In this document: positions 28,007 through 37,639 of the stretch, one piece after another
How the letters are laid out: each line of letters begins with the position of its first letter
Numbering within the stretch: position 1 is the first letter of the stretch
IMG/VR virus record: IMGVR_UViG_3300020200_000038
Location: 1 to 54,815 of that record
Length of the DNA stretch: 54,815 nt
Source: a virus
Taxonomy: Duplodnaviria; Caudoviricetes
Direction: 5' to 3' (one strand)
Made by a program: the position numbers and the translations under genes
Notes under the pieces: generated by a model
Told to the model about the DNA's origin: nothing
The model's input: only the letters and a program-made list of their open reading frames with translations
Databases searched by the model: none

Positions 28007-28738
28007 ATGGTGAATGCAATGGAGGACATGCTGATCACGGGGAAAACTGAAGAATGGCTGACAGCTAGAATGCGATCGCTAGCCAATCAGGGCTATGCGG
28101 GGGCGCAGTACACCATCGGCCTTATGTACGCCGAGAGCCGGGGTGTTCCCCAGGACTTTGTCGAGGCCGCCAAGTGGTTCCGACTGGCAGCCGAGCAGGG
28201 CTATGCGAAGGCGCAGTGCTACCTCGGCTGGATGTACTTCGTCGGCCAGGGTGTTCTTGAGGACGATGCCGATGCCGTCAAGTGGTACCGACTGGCGGCC
28301 AAGCAGGGCCTTGCGGCAGCGCAGTACAACCTCGGCAAGATGTACGACAACGGCCTGGGTGTTCCCCGAGACGATGTCGAGGCCGTGAAGTGGTACCGGC
28401 TTGCAGCCGAGCAGGGCCAACAGCGTGATGCCGATTATGAGGCTAAGATCTATTCTGCGCAGGCGCTATCTCAGTTGCGATCGCTAGCCAATCGGGGCTT
28501 TGCAGAGGCGCAGTTCAACCTCGGCTGGATGTACGCTAACGGCGAGGGTGTTCCCCGGGACGATGCCGAGGCCGCGAAGTGGTACCGTCGCGCAGCCAAG
28601 CTGGGCCATCGGCAAGCCATATACAACCAAAAGGCCACGATCCTTTCGCTCTATAGTTACTTAAATCAGTACGTCCCTGATAACGATGGAGAATGCAATG
28701 AAAACCAAAAGGCATCCTCAGCAAAAGCTGACAGCTAA
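28007..28738 (+). CDS. Sel1-like repeat protein
   Basis: Four AQYxLGxMY..G.GV..D..EA.KWYRLAA.QG repeats. Confidence 0.9.
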   Translation: MVNAMEDMLITGKTEEWLTARMRSLANQGYAGAQYTIGLMYAESRGVPQDFVEAAKWFRLAAEQGYAKAQCYLGWMYFVGQGVLEDDADAVKWYRLAAKQGLAAAQYNLGKMYDNGLGVPRDDVEAVKWYRLAAEQGQQRDADYEAKIYSAQALSQLRSLANRGFAEAQFNLGWMYANGEGVPRDDAEAAKWYRRAAKLGHRQAIYNQKATILSLYSYLNQYVPDNDGECNENQKASSAKADS

Positions 28739-28955
28739 GGCCGCGACGTGGTTACGGCGTGCGGCCAAGCAGGGCGATGCGTGGTCGCAATTTATGCTGC
28801 GATCGCTCGCCGAGCAGGGCCATGCGGAGGCGCAGTACAACCTCGGCGTTATGTACGACTACGGCGAGGGTGTTCCCGAGGACGATGCCGAGGCCATGAA
28901 ATGGTTCCGGCTGGCGGCCGAGCAGGGCCATCAGCACGCCATATGGAGAAGGTGA
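28686..28955 (+). CDS. short Sel1-like repeat protein (probable start 28698)
   Basis: One full Sel1 repeat AQYNLGVMYDYGEGVPEDDAEAMKWFRLAAEQG. Confidence 0.75.
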   Translation: MENAMKTKRHPQQKLTAKAATWLRRAAKQGDAWSQFMLRSLAEQGHAEAQYNLGVMYDYGEGVPEDDAEAMKWFRLAAEQGHQHAIWRR

Positions 28956-28958
28956 ATC

Positions 28959-29168
28959 ATGACCTATTCAAAGGATTCGCACGATCAGAGAACCGATGCT
29001 GAACGAAAGCGTTACAAGCGGAGAATGCTGCGCATGAAATATCAACGCGCCCTAGAACGCCACAGGGAATTCAGCATCCTTTATGACGCCTTGGGTTACA
29101 TCGCGGCGATCATCATTGGCTGCACCCTACCGGTGCTAGCTTGGGCAATTTTGAGGATTGCGCCATGA
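28959..29168 (+). CDS. small membrane protein
   Basis: Basic N-terminus, C-terminal TM helix, GGTGA RBS. Confidence 0.6.
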   Translation: MTYSKDSHDQRTDAERKRYKRRMLRMKYQRALERHREFSILYDALGYIAAIIIGCTLPVLAWAILRIAP

Positions 29169-29239
29169 ATAACATCCTGATCAAGAAGCTGGGCCTGCCC
29201 AACATCCGGGATCGGAACCAAACTATCACGCGAAAATTA

Positions 29240-29270
29240 TTGGTTGTTGGTTGTTGGTTGTTGGTTGTTG
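29240..29270. repeat. (TTGGTTG)4 heptamer repeat
   Basis: Same heptamer as at 27675 and 27876. Confidence 0.9.
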
Positions 29271-29289
29271 CAAAATAAAAATAGGTTTA

Positions 29290-29379
29290 GGGCGTCGGCT
29301 CTGGTGAGCGGCTCTGTCTTATAAACAGGGGCGGCAGATAACCGTAGACGGGTGGGTTCGATCCCCACGGCGCCTACCA
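29290..29379 (+). tRNA. tRNA with TAT anticodon (nominal Ile) and a long variable arm
   Basis: Acceptor GGGCGTC/GGCGCCT, A73, CCA; anticodon arm TCTGT-CTTATAA-ACAGG; V-arm GCGG/CCGT; T-arm GTGGG-TTCGATC-CCCAC. Confidence 0.85.
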
Positions 29380-29576
29380 AACCATTACAGCAGGATTGAC
29401 AATGATCATCAACAACTGCCATATATCTAGTGATTTGATACCTTTACATCCATATAGCATGACTATACTGCGGTTGTGGATTGAAGGGATTATTATGGAT
29501 TTAGAGTTTACTCGTCTATTTACGTTACCTAACTCCAGATATATAGACCTTGCATTCTGTTTGATTGGGAACTAAC

Positions 29577-29966
29577 ATGAGCAAACTTTATACCCCGACA
29601 GATACAGACAAGTCTAACCCGGCTGATCCCTTAAATGACGTCATATATCTTACATTGGGTCATGAATATTCTGATCTTATTGAAGAAGCAAATTTAGAGT
29701 ATAAACATAAGGAAGCATATCTAATTGACTATACCATACTTGTAATACTGGGTAATGCTGTACGTGATGTCACTGGTCGTTATGGTAGAAATATGATGTA
29801 CGAATTGAACCATTCATATTTTGAATCAGATGGCTATGACTATGCAAGCAACAATCACATCCAGTATATGGTTGATTTTGAAACTAAACTGGTCAGGATA
29901 TTTGAGCGGTTGAGATATAAACAAGCAACACACGAGGATTTCACAACTGAATATGTTAGCGATTAA
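29577..29966 (+). CDS. hypothetical protein
   Basis: ORF in the early region; start approximate. Confidence 0.55.
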   Translation: MSKLYTPTDTDKSNPADPLNDVIYLTLGHEYSDLIEEANLEYKHKEAYLIDYTILVILGNAVRDVTGRYGRNMMYELNHSYFESDGYDYASNNHIQYMVDFETKLVRIFERLRYKQATHEDFTTEYVSD

Positions 29967-30019
29967 AACATTCAGAGCAACATCACTAGAGTATTAACAG
30001 TTCAACAATAGGTCATAAT

Positions 30020-30208
30020 ATGAATAAAATAATTTCTTTTTTCAAGATTGGTTATAAAGATTTCTTTAATGGATTAGCTATTAATCCATATTCACATACC
30101 ACTCACAAGTTTCAACATGATGAGTGGCTTAAAGGTTGGAAAACAGCCCAAGAAGATGCATGGCGTGACTATGAGCGACAGAAAGAAGAACAAACTAGAG
30201 ATAAATGA
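30020..30208 (+). CDS. ribosome modulation factor-like small protein
   Basis: GY.....G...NPY........W..GW pattern of Rmf-like phage proteins. Confidence 0.5.
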   Translation: MNKIISFFKIGYKDFFNGLAINPYSHTTHKFQHDEWLKGWKTAQEDAWRDYERQKEEQTRDK

Positions 30209-30247
30209 TGAATTATCTAACCATAACATACGAAAATGGAGTAAAAA

Positions 30248-30574
30248 ATGCCCAAGGCTCGCACCTTACGAAGGGCGCGTGACACCCATCGGACATGGCA
30301 AGCATCGATGGAAAACCAAGAGATCATCAGTCTTGGTATGCATCGTGAACTACTTGCCAAAATTGATCGCCATGTCATGCATATCAATGCACATAAGAAG
30401 AATTATGAAATCGACGCATTTCCCCACATCAATCGTTCTCAATTCATTCGCATGGCATGTGCAAACTTCCTGGAACTACAGGATCATCTCGCCATGCTTG
30501 GGAATATGAATTCAGGTTCTACCCCTGCGACCACTCCCACTATCATCGCTGCCACCAACAACAATAAGCACTAG
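30248..30574 (+). CDS. ribbon-helix-helix-like DNA-binding protein
   Basis: IISLGM..ELLAKID...NRSQFIRMA pattern. Confidence 0.55.
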   Translation: MPKARTLRRARDTHRTWQASMENQEIISLGMHRELLAKIDRHVMHINAHKKNYEIDAFPHINRSQFIRMACANFLELQDHLAMLGNMNSGSTPATTPTIIAATNNNKH

Positions 30575-30583
30575 GAGAATAAA

Positions 30584-30934
30584 ATGTCTGCAGACAATGG
30601 CATCTACATTTTGCATACGCTGGACAATGAATATCGTGTTGCTTATCTGGCCGCTATCGATAACATGTACTGGAACAGAATCCTCCGCAAGTTCGGGCAT
30701 CAAATCACCAACAAGGGTGGGTTCACTCACTGTACTGTCCACAAAACCCAGGAAGAAGCCCTAAAGATGTCTGCCTTACTCTACGAGGACATTGTGCAGA
30801 GAGAAGGTGACCCCATGTTCGTGGAATACGGGATTCAGATCCTGGCACACCCGGATGTTGATTTTAACAGTCTTCCAACACATGACGAATACATGAAGAT
30901 AAACGATGATGACCGCATTATGCATGATATGTAG
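30584..30934 (+). CDS. conserved phage hypothetical protein
   Basis: MSADNGIYIL...YRVA...VEYGI; AGGAG RBS. Confidence 0.7.
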   Translation: MSADNGIYILHTLDNEYRVAYLAAIDNMYWNRILRKFGHQITNKGGFTHCTVHKTQEEALKMSALLYEDIVQREGDPMFVEYGIQILAHPDVDFNSLPTHDEYMKINDDDRIMHDM

Positions 30935-30944
30935 ATACTTTTCC

Positions 30945-30973
30945 TTGACATAAGAAACGATTGGTGCTATAAT
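30945..30973 (+). promoter_or_regulatory. consensus sigma70 promoter
   Basis: TTGACA-17bp-TATAAT with an extended -10 TG. Confidence 0.9.
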
Positions 30974-31007
30974 GTAATCACAATGAAAAAAGAAATGGAA
31001 AACTAAT

Positions 31008-31172
31008 ATGAAGAATATTACTGAAGATATGATTAAGGCTGCACGTAAGTATGCACAACATCCTAATAACAGATCTGATCCGTTCGCATTCAACCGTGCT
31101 CTTAGTCGTATGAAGTGGGAACTTGCTATTCCCCAGGATTATCTTGAAAAGCACGATCATGATATTGCATAG
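31008..31172 (+). CDS. small hypothetical protein (54 aa)
   Basis: Manual translation MKNITEDMIKAARKY...HDIA, directly after the promoter. Confidence 0.5.
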   Translation: MKNITEDMIKAARKYAQHPNNRSDPFAFNRALSRMKWELAIPQDYLEKHDHDIA

Positions 31173-31182
31173 AGGTAATAAT

Positions 31183-31374
31183 ATGACTGCGAGTAAAATT
31201 AGAGAATACATTCGTGCTGGCATGTTGGTTGTTCCAACAGAAGCCACACGAATTGCAAAAGTCCAATTGATTGCTGGACTTAAGGCTCAACTTAAAATGG
31301 AGAAGAAAGCTCTGAAGGAGCTTGAGAATATTATTGTTCAGGTTGCAGAAGTTGCTAAGGAGCAAGCAGCCTAA
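31183..31374 (+). CDS. small coiled-coil hypothetical protein
   Basis: GAGGT RBS before ATG 31183. Confidence 0.6.
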   Translation: MTASKIREYIRAGMLVVPTEATRIAKVQLIAGLKAQLKMEKKALKELENIIVQVAEVAKEQAA

Positions 31375-31381
31375 TGTAATA

Positions 31382-31409
31382 TTGGGGGGGAGCTTAGGTT
31401 CCCCCCCAA
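31382..31409 (+). terminator. GC hairpin (terminator or processing site)
   Basis: TTGGGGGGGAGC...GTTCCCCCCCAA; no clear U-run. Confidence 0.5.
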
Positions 31410-31426
31410 CTATTCACGAGGATTTA

Positions 31427-31693
31427 ATGATCAAATTATCTCCAAATACAGATCAAATAATGATGTTTGTAACAGATGAACAATCAGTATTTTCCTGTAT
31501 TCCAAAGAAGTTATGGAACGAGTTTATAGGAGGTTTACCTTTTTCTGCTAAAACAGTTAAGATTGTAAACAACACGTATTATTATCTCGATCATCTTGCT
31601 AGCTTATTTTTGCTTAATTATCTGAATATAAGCAAGCATAAACCCAAGGTAAAATATCATGCAACTAGCCGTTCCTACGATCCCTTTAAATAG
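31427..31693 (+). CDS. hypothetical protein
   Basis: GAGGA RBS before ATG 31427. Confidence 0.5.
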   Translation: MIKLSPNTDQIMMFVTDEQSVFSCIPKKLWNEFIGGLPFSAKTVKIVNNTYYYLDHLASLFLLNYLNISKHKPKVKYHATSRSYDPFK

Positions 31694-32297
31694 GCTGTTT
31701 TCTTCCTATGAATTGTGCCTAGTTGACAATGTGCCTGAACTAAGCAGACGCAGTAAACCGTATGTTCCTGTTGGTCAAATACCATATAGCGTGAATAATA
31801 GTCCTACTAAAATCAAAATTCGTAAGTTGAAACAGAAAGTTGGACAAGAGCATATAATTCCATTTAGCCTATGGCATGAAGTTATACTAGAACAAGATAA
31901 TCCAATTACTTCTGATGAGCTTATAACATATACACGAGAAAATGCACATCTATTCCATTCTTTTAGATCTTGGCCGCCTGTCGGCACTAGTGAATTTCCC
32001 CCAATGTCATTAAGTACCATGATTGGGATATTTAATAATGATATTATGTATAAAGAACCATATCAAACCATAAGAAAAAACTGGTTCTACAGAAAAGAAA
32101 TATTGGATACTAGATATAATATATCGGGAATTATTAGAGAAACTTTTCTAGGAACAAGTTATAAAATAAGAAGCTTGCTTATCAACTATTTTACAAGACG
32201 CTTACTCTATGGATACTCTGGCACTACCACCTCCTACTCTTGCAATATCACTAATAAGGTGACAAATGCACTACGCAGAGCTAATCTCTCGGAGTAA
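31659..32297 (+). CDS. hypothetical protein
   Basis: 212-aa ORF in the operon. Confidence 0.55.
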   Translation: MQLAVPTIPLNRLFSSYELCLVDNVPELSRRSKPYVPVGQIPYSVNNSPTKIKIRKLKQKVGQEHIIPFSLWHEVILEQDNPITSDELITYTRENAHLFHSFRSWPPVGTSEFPPMSLSTMIGIFNNDIMYKEPYQTIRKNWFYRKEILDTRYNISGIIRETFLGTSYKIRSLLINYFTRRLLYGYSGTTTSYSCNITNKVTNALRRANLSE

Positions 32298-32685
32298 CCG
32301 AACAGATCATGCTTGGTGGGCAACTGCTGTTAGCGTTGCTTTAAACAGTCCGGGAGTAGGAGGGCGTAATAAGAACACTTACCGGTTAGGATCTGTATTG
32401 ACGAATAAGCGAAGGCTTTACACCGCTAGACATAATTCATATAAAACTCATCCATTGCTTATAAAGTTTACTGATTATCCTTATCTACATGCAGAATCCG
32501 CTGCCATTTTCGCCCAGGGTATAAAAAAATGTGAGAACTTATCGTTATACACCGTGAGGTTAATGCGTAATGGTCATATAGCCCCTGCGCACCCATGTGA
32601 AGCTTGTCGTGCCATCATGAAACTGGCAGGACTTGAAAGCGCCTTCGTAAGTACTTATGAAGGTTTTGAAATGATTCTATTATAA
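32266..32685 (+). CDS. zinc-dependent cytidine deaminase-like protein
   Basis: LHAE...PCEAC motif. Confidence 0.8.
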   Translation: MHYAELISRSNRTDHAWWATAVSVALNSPGVGGRNKNTYRLGSVLTNKRRLYTARHNSYKTHPLLIKFTDYPYLHAESAAIFAQGIKKCENLSLYTVRLMRNGHIAPAHPCEACRAIMKLAGLESAFVSTYEGFEMILL

Positions 32686-32703
32686 TAGAAAAGGACTTGT
32701 ACT

Positions 32704-33204
32704 ATGGGTATGGTTATATTTGATGACGTGAAGCCAATCAGTAATGGTGATGTTATGCGTTCAGCTATTCCGGTTGGAACTGTGTTCCGTCGTAAGGATA
32801 GCAAGAAGAATATCATTCGTGCTGCTGTTGGCAACAACTCGTGCAACTATTCATTCAACCTGAATGATGAATGCATAAGTTGGTCCAGTAAGGATTATCC
32901 AGTGGATGTTCTTGGTACGTTTACCTGGAACATTACTCTCTGTCCTGACAAGCAAACACTTACTGTAGATGGAAAAGAGTGTGGAGATTGCGTGACTCGC
33001 GATGCCGTCGAAGTAGGTGAAGTCTTCCAAGGGCGAAATAGCGGACGACTTTATTTACATCTCGGCTTTGAGCAGGACGGTCGTCCTTTTTCAGTACCAC
33101 TTGATTCAAGTGGTAATCATGCCATAACTAACAATGAGGAACGTGAGGTTTTTATTGTTGGTTATGCAAAGCTTGTTGTGAATTTGCTGAAAAATGAACA
33201 GTAA
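32704..33204 (+). CDS. hypothetical protein with two similar halves
   Basis: R.AI.VG.VF...Y/FS..L pattern occurs twice. Confidence 0.65.
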   Translation: MGMVIFDDVKPISNGDVMRSAIPVGTVFRRKDSKKNIIRAAVGNNSCNYSFNLNDECISWSSKDYPVDVLGTFTWNITLCPDKQTLTVDGKECGDCVTRDAVEVGEVFQGRNSGRLYLHLGFEQDGRPFSVPLDSSGNHAITNNEEREVFIVGYAKLVVNLLKNEQ

Positions 33205-33215
33205 CTAGGTAGGTG

Positions 33216-33242
33216 TAGGGAGGAGTTTAAAGCTCCTCCCTA
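33216..33242 (+). terminator. hairpin (terminator-like)
   Basis: TAGGGAGGAG...CTCCTCCCTA. Confidence 0.5.
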
Positions 33243-33351
33243 TCTCCCATGTATTACAAGAAAATGACTCAATCTGAATTTCTCTATTGGTATCCATTCA
33301 ATAGAAATAAAGTAGTACGTTATCTCCGTTCATTAGAAACAGGTTTGTACT

Positions 33352-35283
33352 ATGTTATTATCTCTACCCAAAACTGATGTTATTGCGTGTCGTAAGCGGT
33401 TTCATGAATATCTGAGAACGAAACGAGAACGAACACCAGTCAACGAGCTGTTTATCGAAATTCTAGAGAAATTCTTCGTTCCTGAAGAAGCCCAGAAGTT
33501 ACGTGTAGAACTTAAACTGGATTCTTGCCAGATTGATAATAACTTTGCAAAGCTCTGCCGAGCCATTCTCAAGAAGTTAATAATATTAACTGCTATTTTT
33601 AAGCACAATCTCACTCTTCCTGGTCTAACCGTCAAGGAAATTGAAGGTTCACTATTTATTCGTTATCTTGATGAGAACGACGAAGTTAAAGCAGTGGTGT
33701 TTCCTAATCTAAAAATGAACTACTATGCTCTGCACGGCGGGCTACAAATTCCAACGGAGGATGCTGGGGTTATTGAAATTCTTAAAAAGATAATATCACC
33801 AGATATAATGACCTTAATTGAGAAGAATTACCTCAAGTCCGACTCCATTGAGATGCGACGATATTCGTCGTATCATAATATGATGAAATTTCTGTTCAAA
33901 ATGCAGATTACAACTGTTGGTCGTGTACTAAGTACATATAGTAACTATCAAAAAATTCATGGAGTCTCAGATGATGGGATTAGAGATATTTCATCTGGCT
34001 GGGTAGAACAATTTAAACCCCTTGTATTGAAGTTCTGTGAACTAGACGAAGACTACGTGAACATGTATAGTTCAAATGGTCCAAATAGTTGTATGACTAT
34101 TGACAAAGGCAGAAGTTGGAACTTTCTGAATAAGAACTACAAGACACATCCTACTGCTGTATTCGTAAACAGTGGTATTGTTAAAGGTGTCTATTCAACT
34201 ATTGGTAACATGGTGGTTGCTCGCACAATCACCTATTTGGATGGAACCAAAAAGGCATTTGGACGAGTCTACTCTGAACGAGATACTTGGAGGGCAGCTT
34301 TCATTATAGCTTTAGCTAAAGCTGGTTACACTCCACTTACTGAGGGTATGTTTAAGAAGCAAGCATCGTGGACAGCCAAACTCTATGAATATGAAGATAA
34401 TATCTATGCTCAGATGCCGTATTTAGATAATGCTGCTAGACATTTCTATGGCGTTCCTAATTTAAAAGATAAAACTATACGTGTATTCATGAACTACAGT
34501 AATGTCGATGATGTAACCGAAGAATTGGCTAGAGAGAATGCCGAAATTACTAATCCAATTCATAGATATGGTGGCACCGCAGATGGTATCTTTCGAGTAT
34601 CCCGTAAGGCACAATCTTGTGTCCTTTGTTCGAAAGACTTGGATCTAGATGAAGGAACTAAGTTATACAATTCTTCTGAAAGAATATGTACTAATCACAT
34701 CTATTCAGATAATAATAACACTCCCCATACTCATGACAGACGAGCTGTTGCTGTAAGATCCATAAATGGTGAAAATGTTATTAAAACTATGAATATACAA
34801 CAGATATTTCCTGATGCTGTCAGAGATTGTACAGGCAGATACTATGTTAACATTTCAACATACATTCGATGGACCGGTTGGATTATTGTAACAGAGGACA
34901 ACTACCAGTATATTCTGAAGGTTATGTTCGATAAGACTCCGGGGGTCAAGTTTTTAACAGACAAATTCTTGACTAGTCAGCGAGGACCTTTGACGTATCC
35001 TGAGATTGACTACACAAAATATCCTGGTTTTATTTGGGATAGCGAAGCATATAACATTAGATTCTGTTTCATGATCTTAGATCCTGCTGTTGAAGCTAAG
35101 ATACGGAAAGAGTATGTACTTACCAATTACCAGGACAGTCTGAGTACTATAAAATATAATCTGTTTATATTAAGCAAGCCAAAGAACAAATTCATAACAA
35201 AGAAGTTTGATATCAGTATATCATACTTCAATGATGTTAATACATTAGTTGCCGAACCACAAATACGAATGAATGCTGCCTAG
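33352..35283 (+). CDS. large phage hypothetical protein
   Basis: GPNSCM, VAR, GRVY, PYLD motifs; precedes the peptidase gene. Confidence 0.7.
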   Translation: MLLSLPKTDVIACRKRFHEYLRTKRERTPVNELFIEILEKFFVPEEAQKLRVELKLDSCQIDNNFAKLCRAILKKLIILTAIFKHNLTLPGLTVKEIEGSLFIRYLDENDEVKAVVFPNLKMNYYALHGGLQIPTEDAGVIEILKKIISPDIMTLIEKNYLKSDSIEMRRYSSYHNMMKFLFKMQITTVGRVLSTYSNYQKIHGVSDDGIRDISSGWVEQFKPLVLKFCELDEDYVNMYSSNGPNSCMTIDKGRSWNFLNKNYKTHPTAVFVNSGIVKGVYSTIGNMVVARTITYLDGTKKAFGRVYSERDTWRAAFIIALAKAGYTPLTEGMFKKQASWTAKLYEYEDNIYAQMPYLDNAARHFYGVPNLKDKTIRVFMNYSNVDDVTEELARENAEITNPIHRYGGTADGIFRVSRKAQSCVLCSKDLDLDEGTKLYNSSERICTNHIYSDNNNTPHTHDRRAVAVRSINGENVIKTMNIQQIFPDAVRDCTGRYYVNISTYIRWTGWIIVTEDNYQYILKVMFDKTPGVKFLTDKFLTSQRGPLTYPEIDYTKYPGFIWDSEAYNIRFCFMILDPAVEAKIRKEYVLTNYQDSLSTIKYNLFILSKPKNKFITKKFDISISYFNDVNTLVAEPQIRMNAA

Positions 35284-35289
35284 ACCATT

Positions 35290-36909
35290 ATGGAAAATTT
35301 GAAAATGACTGACAACTATTATAATATGTTTTGTGGCGATGGTTATATTCCTATTTCCAATCACAAAGCTATAATAACATATCCAAACCCGTATTCTGAA
35401 GATACACCATTAGAAGAAACGGCAACCATCATTGATCGGGATGGTGGGTTCATGAACCCGTTATTATACGATCTATTATCCCAGCCAACTCCGCATGGGC
35501 ATGAGGATTTAATCCATAAGTATCTTCCTACTAGCCACAAGAATGTAAATTACTGGAAGAAGGATGAGCTGGGCAATATCATTATACGTGTAGGGAATAA
35601 GAAAAATTCCAACACAATCTTTAGTTGTCATATGGATACTGCTCATCCAGTTACACAAACAGATAAGACAACACTGATATTTAAGAATGAGAAATGCCCA
35701 CTAGTAGATCGTTACCTTGTCAAAGCTAAACGTAACGGTAAGAAACCTAATACCTATACAGGCTCTGTCTTAGGTGGGGATGACAAGATCGGTGTATTCA
35801 TCTTGTCTAAGATGATTGAAAATGGCATTTCCGGTCTCTATATATTCCATATTGGAGAAGAGCGGGGATGCATCGGCTCACGCTATATTGCAGAAAAATC
35901 TAGTGATCTATTTGCTGGATACAAACGAGCTATAGCGTTTGATCGTCAAGGGTATACTGATGTTATCGCTCATCAGCGGGGCAGACGCTGTGCATCTAAA
36001 ACGTTCACTGAGGAACTAGCTAAGCAGCTATGCACACGTGGACCTAAGAAGTTGATGTTTGAAGGCGATGTACAGGGTATGTATACAGATACTGCCAACT
36101 ACACTAAATACATTCCAGAATGTAGTAATGTATCTATTGGTTATAGCAGTCAACATAGCGCGGCCGAGACGGTAGACACATTATGGGCTGAGCAGATGCT
36201 ACTTCCCTCGATCCTTAATGTTGAATGGGAGAAACTGCCAGTAAATCATGTTGTTGAAAAATCAGTTCCTACAACAGTATATTCATATCTAGGTACTTGT
36301 ATTGAGCTAGAAGATATCTTTGATCATACGCCAAGTAAGCATGAGCGTAAGCGGCTGATCAAGCAGTGGTTGATGAAATCCTCCCCTTACGAACAAAAAG
36401 AAGCAGCTACTAATGAGCTGTTTGTACTTCTGAAAAAACTGGCTAAGCTGAACCGTACGGCTAATAAGAATAACCAAAAAGAAAAGCTTCCACAACTAGA
36501 TCTACCACAAGCACCGATTGATCCTAGTTTAGGAGCTTATACTTTTATTTATGGAGCCTTGGAATTTATTGATCTTTTCAATAGTTATGAGATATTACTA
36601 TCATTCGATAATGATCATGTTTATTGTAAGGATCTGTTTGGAGAAATCAATGCCCTAGGACCGGCCGAGAATACTGAAGCTAGCCGAGAGAACGCAATTA
36701 TCATCAGTACTGTCCTGTGTAAACTATGTGCTAACTTTACCGTAAGCTTGTATGAACGTAATGTTTATGGTACATTTGATATTACTATTCAAAACGAAAT
36801 GAAAGCTCTTATTCATAATGCATTGAATTATATGAATACACATAAAATGGGAGTCTATGTAAATGCAGGTAGTAAATTTTCTGCAGCAACTGGAATTGGC
36901 ACCCGGTGA
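35290..36909 (+). CDS. M20/M28-like metallopeptidase domain protein
   Basis: HMDT, LGGDDK.G, GEERG..GS, FDR, YTDT, N.S.GY..QH motifs. Confidence 0.8.
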   Translation: MENLKMTDNYYNMFCGDGYIPISNHKAIITYPNPYSEDTPLEETATIIDRDGGFMNPLLYDLLSQPTPHGHEDLIHKYLPTSHKNVNYWKKDELGNIIIRVGNKKNSNTIFSCHMDTAHPVTQTDKTTLIFKNEKCPLVDRYLVKAKRNGKKPNTYTGSVLGGDDKIGVFILSKMIENGISGLYIFHIGEERGCIGSRYIAEKSSDLFAGYKRAIAFDRQGYTDVIAHQRGRRCASKTFTEELAKQLCTRGPKKLMFEGDVQGMYTDTANYTKYIPECSNVSIGYSSQHSAAETVDTLWAEQMLLPSILNVEWEKLPVNHVVEKSVPTTVYSYLGTCIELEDIFDHTPSKHERKRLIKQWLMKSSPYEQKEAATNELFVLLKKLAKLNRTANKNNQKEKLPQLDLPQAPIDPSLGAYTFIYGALEFIDLFNSYEILLSFDNDHVYCKDLFGEINALGPAENTEASRENAIIISTVLCKLCANFTVSLYERNVYGTFDITIQNEMKALIHNALNYMNTHKMGVYVNAGSKFSAATGIGTR

Positions 36910-37630
36910 ATCTCATAGAACTGACTGTCCATTTTGTGGACACAAGCATACTTTCTCGATATCCAATATTGATGGTAAATATCTCTGGTATTGCTATTAT
37001 GCTAATTGTCATTCATCTGGCGCTATAAATAAGTCTCTATCTCTAGACACATTGAAAGCAATCCTACACAAAAAAGATTATGACAAGACTTGTTTTGATA
37101 TTCCTGATTATTTCATTGATGCTATTAACAATGAAAGCTGTATCAAACTACTTACTCGCTTCAACTCCATAGAAGCGTATAGTCAAGACTTAGTTAGAGT
37201 AAAATACGATCCTAAACAGAATCGACTTGTATTCATAATTACTGATGAACTAAAGAATCCAGTCGATGCTGTAGGCAGAAGTTTCAACGATATTAAGCCA
37301 AAATGGTTACGTTATGGAAATGGACGTTATCCCCTGGTTGTTGGAGCTATTGATTTGGCTGTTCTAGTGGAGGACGCATTCTCCGCTTGTGCAGTCAGTC
37401 ATGTTGCTACAGGAATAGCTTTATTAGGAACCGGAGTACCGGATGAATACATTTCTATCATTTCAAATTATTCACGAATTATTATTGCACTTGACAAGGA
37501 TGCTACGACAAAAGCAATAGCTTTACAAAAAGACTTGAATTTGTACGCACCAACCTCTGTATTGCTACTAGAAAAAGATTTGAAGTACTATAATAAAGAT
37601 GCTATAAAGGTGGTACTTAGAAATGCTTGA
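36863..37630 (+). CDS. DNA primase (Zn finger + TOPRIM)
   Basis: CPFC...CYYANC; VLVED; LDKDA. Confidence 0.85.
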   Translation: MQVVNFLQQLELAPGESHRTDCPFCGHKHTFSISNIDGKYLWYCYYANCHSSGAINKSLSLDTLKAILHKKDYDKTCFDIPDYFIDAINNESCIKLLTRFNSIEAYSQDLVRVKYDPKQNRLVFIITDELKNPVDAVGRSFNDIKPKWLRYGNGRYPLVVGAIDLAVLVEDAFSACAVSHVATGIALLGTGVPDEYISIISNYSRIIIALDKDATTKAIALQKDLNLYAPTSVLLLEKDLKYYNKDAIKVVLRNA

Positions 37631-37639
37631 GAATAAATA

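Noticed and set aside
29205-29245. Similarity to the 24-bp repeat at 5480-5547
   Set aside because: Gapped match of under 16 bp, within chance expectation.
31783-31794. 12-13 bp dispersed matches (e.g. accatatagcgt, ttatcgagacgct)
   Set aside because: Too short to distinguish from chance in 55 kb.
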